Of a stretch of 64,000 bases of DNA, positions 55,456 through 61,712 are shown one piece after another. The stretch is from a virus. Numbering within the stretch: the stretch's first letter is position 1; each line of letters starts with the position of its first letter. Below the pieces are notes generated by a model. It was not told where the DNA came from and made no database searches. It worked only from the letters and a program-made list of their open reading frames with translations. Made by a program: the position numbers and the translations under genes. Location: the IMG/VR virus record IMGVR_UViG_3300045988_121909. One strand, given 5' to 3'.

Positions 55456-55834
55456 TATTGAATTATATAGTGAGTACAATTACAGTGATGATAATGATTT
55501 TGAATTAATCAATGTAATAAGTGTAGAAGATAACACGCTTGAAGGTATTTTTCTATGCCGCAATTATCAATATAAATGTCTATTTAAAGAAAACGGTAAA
55601 GAAAAGAAAATCACAGGTACATTAAACGTAAAAATTAAAGCAAAAGTAAATCTTGAATACATGACTATAGTTTGTTATTCGCCTGTTGATTGCGATATCA
55701 TAAGTTTAAACTTAACTATTGATGAATTAAACGAAAAAGTAATAGAACATATTAAAAGGCGCTTTGACACACATAGCAGATTTTGTGAAGACTTACAAGT
55801 TCATTATATACTCAAAGATTTTTATGCAAAATGA
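55433..55834 (+). CDS. hypothetical protein, paralog family A member 3
   Basis: MKVYREYDIELY..FELINVISVEDNTLEGIFLC; ATG after aaggataaaagga. Confidence 0.5.
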   Translation: MKVYREYDIELYSEYNYSDDNDFELINVISVEDNTLEGIFLCRNYQYKCLFKENGKEKKITGTLNVKIKAKVNLEYMTIVCYSPVDCDIISLNLTIDELNEKVIEHIKRRFDTHSRFCEDLQVHYILKDFYAK

Positions 55835-55853
55835 AGAGAGAGAGATAAACAAT

Positions 55854-56453
55854 ATGATTTATGATAATGACAAATTCACTAAACAACTTAAAACATTTCT
55901 AAATGCAATTGGCGGAGTACAAATTGCTGACGATAGAAGCTTTATTAACGAAGATTGCTATATGTACGCAGCTTTTGAATTTAATGGGAATGAAGAAATA
56001 TTCTGTGGAAATATACCATCAAATAGATATGATGCAACATTAAATAAAATTTACATAGACAAAGACAAAAGAGGTTATCCACTAGATGAGTTGATTAATT
56101 TTTACACTGCTAAGATTGATTTGTTAAACAGTGAATACAAAGATTTATTACTCAAAACAGACATGGAGTTTGGTAAAGATTATGTAAATGGGTTTAACGT
56201 CATTGGCTGGCGTAAAAAGATGTCGTATAGTAGTAATTTTAAATACTCTGACATTTTTACGCAATGTAGCGTTAAGCTAGTAAAATTTATCAATGAAAAT
56301 TCTCAGTTAGAAGAATGTCGTAGATGTTGGCAATCTACTGAAGATTCTAACATTCTGTTAGTTAGTTCATTAGGGTTTAACTTCTTAATCTTAATCGATG
56401 ATTTAGCAGAAAGCCTGCATACGCAGGTAAGCGAGATTACAAAATTGATGTGA
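55854..56453 (+). CDS. hypothetical protein (200 aa)
   Basis: ATG at 55854 after agagagagataaaca. Upstream in-frame ATGs overlap the previous gene. Confidence 0.45.
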   Translation: MIYDNDKFTKQLKTFLNAIGGVQIADDRSFINEDCYMYAAFEFNGNEEIFCGNIPSNRYDATLNKIYIDKDKRGYPLDELINFYTAKIDLLNSEYKDLLLKTDMEFGKDYVNGFNVIGWRKKMSYSSNFKYSDIFTQCSVKLVKFINENSQLEECRRCWQSTEDSNILLVSSLGFNFLILIDDLAESLHTQVSEITKLM

Positions 56454-56454
56454 A

Positions 56455-56478
56455 AGAAGTACAACTAAATAAAAAGAA
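56455..56478 (+). promoter_or_regulatory. 24-bp motif copy 3 (AGAAGTACAACTAAATAAAAAGAA)
   Basis: About 15 nt upstream of the ATG at 56493. Confidence 0.5.
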
Positions 56479-56492
56479 AGGAAGCGCATAAA

Positions 56493-56660
56493 ATGCTAGA
56501 AAAATTAATTGAGCTAATAGGCATACTGCCAGATGATATAATAATAATAGAAAAAGATAATATTTTTGTAGTGCAAGATTCTCTGGGAAGAGAGATGATT
56601 TGCTATAAGACTTTGCCGCTAGAAAGTATTGCTATGCAATGTAAAGCATATTTAAAGTAG
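56493..56660 (+). CDS. small hypothetical protein (55 aa)
   Basis: ATG after aaaggaagc, immediately downstream of the 24-bp motif. Confidence 0.4.
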   Translation: MLEKLIELIGILPDDIIIIEKDNIFVVQDSLGREMICYKTLPLESIAMQCKAYLK

Positions 56661-56676
56661 AAAGGAAGATTTTTCA

Positions 56677-57660
56677 GTGAAATTTGACGTAAGAGAAAAA
56701 AGAGTTAAGAAATGGGATAAGCTAGTACCAGAGTATAGAATTACTAACGACCTTGAGCCTATCTCTGTAGAGTTTAAGTCTTACCCTACTGTAGAGCAAC
56801 TTGCTGAAATGTGCGTAGGACCGCTGCTTGCAACTTGGTCAAGAGCAGGAGATGTAAACAACGGAAGATATGACGTTTACAATCTAACAGATGAAGACAA
56901 AATGAAGATTCTGTATAGAGCTATGCATAACAATGGTTTTCTACCTGGTTTCAGAGATATGATTAATTTTGTACTCTGTATTGATGGAATACATCATCAG
57001 GAAACAACTCATTTGTATCGTCATAAGTGGAGTGCAAGCGCTATGTGCACAGGTGACAATCCTCAGCATATCTGTGATATTGCTATGCCAGAGAGTTATG
57101 AAAAGCTTGGTTTTAAAGACAGATACCTAAAGCTAGTAGATGACGCAATGAACCTCTATTGTGATATGATGAATACGCACGAAATCTCTAATCAGGATTG
57201 TAGGTTAGTCACACCAAAGACAGTTCTTCATTTTGTATACCCTACAATGAATTTTAATGAGCTAATGAGATTCCTAGGCCAGAGACTTGACTTACAAGTA
57301 CAGCCTAATGAAGAGTATATTCTTGCTCTAAGAACTTATGTAGCTCTATGTGAGATTTATCCTTTTATGGCTGATAAGTTCAACATCAAGAATAAGAGTA
57401 ATTTTTACATTCACGAAACTAAGACTAACTTTGGTAGCGCTCTATTCCAGCCTAATGAAGAAAACAAGGAAGTGCTTGAGTGGACTACACCTGATGATTA
57501 TCTACAGAAGAGCAAAGATGAACTTGCAGGCTCAGACGACAGTAGTATTCTAAGAAAGATTCAGAAAGAGTGTGAGAATAGACTTACAGAATTGCTTGAA
57601 TACTCTAAGCGCACTTGGCCTTATCTATACACAGAGGAGTATAAGAGAGATTGGGTATGA
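56677..57660 (+). CDS. hypothetical protein (327 aa)
   Basis: GTG start after gaaaggaag; no confident motif. Confidence 0.5.
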   Translation: MKFDVREKRVKKWDKLVPEYRITNDLEPISVEFKSYPTVEQLAEMCVGPLLATWSRAGDVNNGRYDVYNLTDEDKMKILYRAMHNNGFLPGFRDMINFVLCIDGIHHQETTHLYRHKWSASAMCTGDNPQHICDIAMPESYEKLGFKDRYLKLVDDAMNLYCDMMNTHEISNQDCRLVTPKTVLHFVYPTMNFNELMRFLGQRLDLQVQPNEEYILALRTYVALCEIYPFMADKFNIKNKSNFYIHETKTNFGSALFQPNEENKEVLEWTTPDDYLQKSKDELAGSDDSSILRKIQKECENRLTELLEYSKRTWPYLYTEEYKRDWV

Positions 57661-57732
57661 TATATAGAACGAAATTTAATCTAACTGACGAAATAGTTAG
57701 TGCTGACAATGCAGAAGAGTATATGAATTACG

Positions 57733-58086
57733 ATGCTAATATACAAGATTACATCGAAAAAAGAAGACATACGTGCTAAAGTCTACAAAATTGAATTTGT
57801 ATTCAACAGGCAAAATTACAAATCAGGTCATATTAATGTATACACTAATGAAAAGCTTGATGATGCGCAGCTTAAATATCTAAGTAGTTTCCTAAAAGAT
57901 GAAGTGTTTAACGGATACGGTAAAGATTTTAGCTCAGAAGAATTCGCTAATTACGACGCAGCGTTGTATGACTGTTATTGGAGTTTCTGTCCCGAAAGAG
58001 CTTGGGAAGATGATTACGAAGAAGAAAGAGTAATCTCCAGATTTTGTCCGTCTGACGAGTACGTGCTTGAACTTGTTAGAGATTGA
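57733..58086 (+). CDS. hypothetical protein (117 aa), possibly the 3' part of a frameshifted gene starting at 57658
   Basis: A 40-aa ORF (57658-57777, MIYRTKFNL...) overlaps in another frame across an A6 run (cgaaaaaagaag). Confidence 0.4.
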   Translation: MLIYKITSKKEDIRAKVYKIEFVFNRQNYKSGHINVYTNEKLDDAQLKYLSSFLKDEVFNGYGKDFSSEEFANYDAALYDCYWSFCPERAWEDDYEEERVISRFCPSDEYVLELVRD

Positions 58087-58092
58087 TGTTTT

Positions 58093-58130
58093 GCTCTCAG
58101 ATATTTAACTTCTGAGAGCTTTATATGTTT
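58093..58130 (+). terminator. terminator formed by a short palindromic-repeat copy
   Basis: gctctcaga-tatttaact-tctgagagc (9-bp perfect stem) followed by tttatatgtttt. Confidence 0.6.
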
Positions 58131-58287
58131 TATTCATAAACCGTTATTTCATTTTCATACTAGCTACCAGTAAAGTTAGTAACAAAAACTATATAGCAAA
58201 TCAAAGATAAAGGGGTGACGTTCTACGAGCCGTGACTACAACAAAATAAGAGAATTAAGAAAAGCAACACAAGAGCGTCACGCTCAA

Positions 58288-59454
58288 ATGACTTGTAAAG
58301 CATTCGAGCTTAAATCACTAAGTCTAAGCTTTCTAAATATCAAAAAAGAAATGCTAACTAAATTCTTTAGGCAAGCGAATTATATTTATAACAGTTTAGT
58401 TGCTGATAGTAAAAAATTTAAAACTACTGACAAAGAAATTACTATTTTATGCGGTGACCATTATGAAATTAGGCGACTTGATTTAGGTTCCGGCATTAAG
58501 CAAGGTATTCGTGATAAATTTATCACTAATTGCAAATCTTTAAAAGGTAAAAAAGATAGTGGTGATAAAATTGGCAAGCTAAAGTTTAAATCTTATACTA
58601 ACGCTATTCCACTTAGGCAATACAAAAATACTTATAATATAAATTTTGATAAAAATACTATTAGAATACAGTGTATTAAGCAAGCATTTAAAGTTAGAGG
58701 TTTAAAGCAAATACCTGAGAATGCTGAAATATGCAATGCTGAACTTATCCGTAAAGCAAGTGGGTACTATATACACGTAGTCATTTTTGTGCCTAAAGAA
58801 AATAAACAAGCAAATAGCAGACAAATTGGTTTAGATTTTGGGATAAAATCTAACGTCACATCGTCTAATGGTGAAAAATATGATGTTAAAGTACCTGAGT
58901 CTAAAGGGACAAAATTAGCATCTCGTAAAACGAATCATAAAAAGAAAGGTTCTAAAAATAGGCAAAAAGCCCAACAAAAGCTAAGAATAGCTTATGAAAA
59001 AGATACAAATAGGAAATTAGATAAAGCTAAGAAGTTAGTTTCATATCTAGACTCTTATGATTTAATAGCATTTCAAGATGAAAATATAAAAGATTGGCAT
59101 AAAGAGTTTGGAAAAGTCGTACAGCATTCAGCTATGGGGTTCATAAAAGCAGTTTTGAAGACCAAAGCAAATTCCATAATGATAAGTAGATATTTTCCAA
59201 GTACTCAAATATGCTCAGTTTGCAGTAAGCTAACACCTCACTCTCTGAATAAGCGAGATTATGACTGTAGCTTTTGTGGTTATCACCACGATGACAGAGA
59301 CGTGAAAGCAGCACAAACGATTCTTGATTATGTAAATGTCTCTCTGGGACGGAGAGCAAATAGTCTTGTGGAGTTAAAGACCTCTGCGCTTAAAGATTTT
59401 TCTTCAAGTATAAGTCTAGACTATGAAGCAGGAAGACCTTACTCTCTAGAGTAA
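58288..59454 (+). CDS. tnpB: IS200/IS605-family TnpB (OrfB), full length, second distinct copy
   Basis: 388 aa; RuvC-I region LDFGIKS, RuvC-II IAFQDEN, zinc finger CSVCS..CSFCG, RuvC-III HHDDRDVKAAQTIL. Its 3' flank is unrelated to the omega-RNA-like repeat at 567-682. Confidence 0.8.
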   Translation: MTCKAFELKSLSLSFLNIKKEMLTKFFRQANYIYNSLVADSKKFKTTDKEITILCGDHYEIRRLDLGSGIKQGIRDKFITNCKSLKGKKDSGDKIGKLKFKSYTNAIPLRQYKNTYNINFDKNTIRIQCIKQAFKVRGLKQIPENAEICNAELIRKASGYYIHVVIFVPKENKQANSRQIGLDFGIKSNVTSSNGEKYDVKVPESKGTKLASRKTNHKKKGSKNRQKAQQKLRIAYEKDTNRKLDKAKKLVSYLDSYDLIAFQDENIKDWHKEFGKVVQHSAMGFIKAVLKTKANSIMISRYFPSTQICSVCSKLTPHSLNKRDYDCSFCGYHHDDRDVKAAQTILDYVNVSLGRRANSLVELKTSALKDFSSSISLDYEAGRPYSLE

Positions 59455-59538
59455 TGGTTAGTCCACGCTCTCTACCTCTACTAATTATCTCAACCTTGAC
59501 GTGTTGTAGAGGCTTATTCAACTAATAGAGATATAAAA

Positions 59539-59562
59539 AGAAGTACAACTAAATAAAAAGAG
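59539..59562 (+). promoter_or_regulatory. 24-bp motif copy 4
   Basis: Exact consensus copy 85 nt after the tnpB stop. Confidence 0.5.
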
Positions 59563-59578
59563 AAAAGGATGCTAAATA

Positions 59579-59635
59579 TAGCTCTGAGATATACTCCAGA
59601 CGAACGAGATTGACTTCTGAGAGCTTTTCATGTAT
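59579..59635 (+). repeat. palindromic intergenic repeat (short form) with terminator-like hairpin
   Basis: agctctgagatatactccagacgaacgagattgacttctgagagct followed by tttcat. Confidence 0.55.
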
Positions 59636-59715
59636 TTATTGTAAAAACTATCACTAATCAAAAACTTATTGTCAGAAGTAAAATCTGACGCAGAAGATTA
59701 AAGAGAGGTAATATA

Positions 59716-59955
59716 ATGCTTAGATTTGCAAGAGATGTGGTGTATTGCAGCATCAATGATTTAGATGAGAGCATCACAGAAAAAATACTAGAAGAGAATG
59801 GTTTATTCCTTAAAGGCGATATTGTCTATATTAAAGCAGGTACTAAATTCGAAGTGCCTAATGAGCAGATGTTTGGCGCGCCTGCAATTATTATAAATGG
59901 TGAGTTAGTTTTATCATTTACAACTGATACACCTATTGAAGTGTATATTGACTAA
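59716..59955 (+). CDS. hypothetical protein (79 aa)
   Basis: ORF with RBS (agagaggta). Confidence 0.45.
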   Translation: MLRFARDVVYCSINDLDESITEKILEENGLFLKGDIVYIKAGTKFEVPNEQMFGAPAIIINGELVLSFTTDTPIEVYID

Positions 59956-59956
59956 A

Positions 59957-59980
59957 AGAAGTACAACTAAATAAAAAGAG
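59957..59980 (+). promoter_or_regulatory. 24-bp motif copy 5
   Basis: Exact consensus, directly after the stop of the 59716 ORF. Confidence 0.5.
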
Positions 59981-60030
59981 TGTGAGAAGAATCCGTATAA
60001 TGTTATTCCAGTGAGTAGTATTACAGAAGT

Positions 60031-60136
60031 GCTCTGAGATATACTCCAGACGAACCAGAGTCGTCTCTCGTAAACTTTTATGCTCTTTTAATAATAATTA
60101 CCGCTTAAGACGAAAATTATTCTCAGAAGTTAAAGG
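60031..60136 (+). repeat. palindromic intergenic repeat element (long form), direct copy of 39694-39801
   Basis: gctctgagatatactccagacgaaccagagtcgtctctcgtaaacttttatgctcttttaataataattaccgc..tctcagaagttaaagg. Confidence 0.6.
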
Positions 60137-60290
60137 AGAACTTGGTGAAAAAGATTACAGAGTTTATGTCTAAAGTACCGCTGAGTGTTAGACTACTTGT
60201 TAGTTTTGCACTATTATATGCATTTGGTATTTTTGGCTTTATGTTAAGGACGTCAGATTTTACTTACGCTGAATTTTAATTTTAAAAGTT

Positions 60291-60500
60291 GTTTACAGAT
60301 TAATTGTTTTGTGTTATAATACAAACTATATTCTACAAAAATACGTTCCTTTTCTCTATAAGTTTTGAATCAAGATTTACGTATCGTAGAATTTATACAC
60401 TGCAAAAATATGTTCCTTTTTGGTAAGTATTTTGATTAAAGATTTACATATCGCAGTTAGTTAAGGCGCTCAGCTTAAGAGAGCGTCTTTTTTTTTTGTA
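60291..60500 (+). ncRNA. candidate small non-coding RNA locus (promoter, two ~68-nt tandem repeat units, terminator), no ORF
   Basis: GTTTACA-N17-TATAAT at 60291-60320. Units ctacaaaaatacgttccttttctctataagttttgaatcaagatttacgtatcgtag and ctgcaaaaatatgttcctttttggtaagtattttgattaaagatttacatatcgcag. Terminator gcgctc-agcttaaga-gagcgtc followed by a T11 run at 60469-60500. Confidence 0.45.
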
Positions 60501-60501
60501 A

Positions 60502-60525
60502 AGAAGTACAACTAAATAAAAAGAG
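60502..60525 (+). promoter_or_regulatory. 24-bp motif copy 6
   Basis: Exact consensus, 16 nt upstream of the ATG at 60542. Confidence 0.5.
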
Positions 60526-60541
60526 CGCAAAGGAGAAATAT

Positions 60542-60949
60542 ATGCTCGTAAAAAGAGATTATGAAGTTGAGCTTGTAGATAGACAAGCAAATGACGAAGT
60601 ATATGAACTTGTCGGAGTATTCAATTTTGAAAATGATACTCTGCAAGGTATATTTGAGTCTAAATTAATTAATTATCATGATTTTTATATCGATGATAAT
60701 GACAACGAAATAGAAATCAATGCCAAAATAAAAGTACGCATAAAAGCAAGTGTAAGTCTTGATACACCACGTGCAGTAAATGAGTATAGCTTGAATAATT
60801 TAGTTATACTACAAGTTGATGTTGACAGCCCAGAAATCTTAGAGTGGATAACTGATTCAATCAATGATTATTTCACTTATGACGAGTACAGTTATTCAGC
60901 GCAAGCTGTTTTTACTGTACGCTTGAATGCAAAAGAATATCACTTATAA
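60542..60949 (+). CDS. hypothetical protein, paralog family A member 4
   Basis: MLVKRDYEVELVDRQANDEVYELVGVFNFENDTLQGIFESKL. Confidence 0.5.
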   Translation: MLVKRDYEVELVDRQANDEVYELVGVFNFENDTLQGIFESKLINYHDFYIDDNDNEIEINAKIKVRIKASVSLDTPRAVNEYSLNNLVILQVDVDSPEILEWITDSINDYFTYDEYSYSAQAVFTVRLNAKEYHL

Positions 60950-60950
60950 A

Positions 60951-60974
60951 AGAAGTACAACTAAATAAAAAGAG
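60951..60974 (+). promoter_or_regulatory. 24-bp motif copy 7
   Basis: Exact consensus immediately after the stop codon at 60949. Confidence 0.5.
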
Positions 60975-61020
60975 TGAGAGTAGTAGTAATGCTACTCTTT
61001 TATTGTAGTGCAATACATCA

Positions 61021-61140
61021 TTTTTATAATGTATGTTTAAATTCCAACATTTGCGTATGCTTAGTCGTTTTTACTATGATGGTTGGAATGAAATTGTTGA
61101 TTGATTGTTTTTAAATTATATATTTTAAAATAAGAATTAA
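61021..61140 (+). repeat. ~100-bp intergenic repeat, copy A (copy B at 63727-63840)
   Basis: Shared blocks aattccaacat.ttg.gtatgct, ttact.tgatggttg..atgaaattgttg.ttgattgtttt. Confidence 0.5.
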
Positions 61141-61148
61141 TTATTTAT

Positions 61149-61172
61149 AGAAGTACAACTAAATAAAAAGAG
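61149..61172 (+). promoter_or_regulatory. 24-bp motif copy 8
   Basis: Exact consensus, 10 nt upstream of the ATG at 61182. Confidence 0.5.
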
Positions 61173-61181
61173 AGAAATAGA

Positions 61182-61406
61182 ATGTTTGAGAAATTACGAG
61201 AAATATTAAACGCATACGCAGATAAAGGTTATGCTGAAATTAAATATGCAGGTGTAGATTATCTAATTCTCTGTAAAGAAAGTCTCAAAGTAGATAGTTT
61301 CACATATCACAATAATGAGCTATGCGTTTGTCTTGAAGATTATGATAATTATAATGTTGTGCCTGTTAGATTCATCACTGAGATTGATGATAAGAAGTGC
61401 AACTAA
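61182..61406 (+). CDS. hypothetical protein (74 aa)
   Basis: ORF after gagagaaatagaatg; the C-terminus overlaps 24-bp motif copy 9. Confidence 0.45.
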   Translation: MFEKLREILNAYADKGYAEIKYAGVDYLILCKESLKVDSFTYHNNELCVCLEDYDNYNVVPVRFITEIDDKKCN

Positions 61407-61416
61407 ATAAAAAAGG
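61393..61416 (+). promoter_or_regulatory. 24-bp motif copy 9 (variant AGAAGTGCAACTAAATAAAAAAGG)
   Basis: Two mismatches to the consensus; 11 nt upstream of the ATG at 61427. Confidence 0.45.
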
Positions 61417-61426
61417 AAGTACACAG

Positions 61427-61666
61427 ATGATTATGGAAAGAAACACAGCGAAAGCTGTCTTAGATATCAAAGGCGGAATGCCTTATGAAACTCTTGCGAC
61501 ATACGTCGCACGTTTTTTAAAACACGAATACGGTATTTATTCAGATTTCGAGTATTGCGTAGATTATTGCGATTTTTACACGCCAGATATGCTTGATGAC
61601 TGTAAATATAGTGATGAATTATACAAAGAAGTAAAACAGTATTTTAAAAGAAGTACAACTAAATAA
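61427..61666 (+). CDS. hypothetical protein (79 aa)
   Basis: ATG after aaggaagtacacag. Confidence 0.45.
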   Translation: MIMERNTAKAVLDIKGGMPYETLATYVARFLKHEYGIYSDFEYCVDYCDFYTPDMLDDCKYSDELYKEVKQYFKRSTTK

Positions 61667-61672
61667 AAAGAA
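61649..61672 (+). promoter_or_regulatory. 24-bp motif copy 10
   Basis: Overlaps the end of the 61427 ORF. Followed by terminator-like hairpin agagc-tgtgtatt-gctct and a T8 run (61678-61700). Confidence 0.45.
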
Positions 61673-61712
61673 GTAAAAGAGCTGTGTATTGCTCTTTTTT
61701 TTAGGAGTTTTA

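Noticed and set aside
57350-57553. 67-aa ORF inside the 56677-57660 gene
   Set aside because: Internal alternative-frame ORF without a start context.
56677-57660. ThyX (flavin-dependent thymidylate synthase), suggested by a YRHKWSAS segment
   Set aside because: The full RHRxxSxxxxSxRY signature is not present.
60330-60465. Possible CRISPR array
   Set aside because: Only two imperfect ~68-nt repeat units, with no spacer-repeat periodicity and no cas genes. Treated instead as an sRNA candidate.
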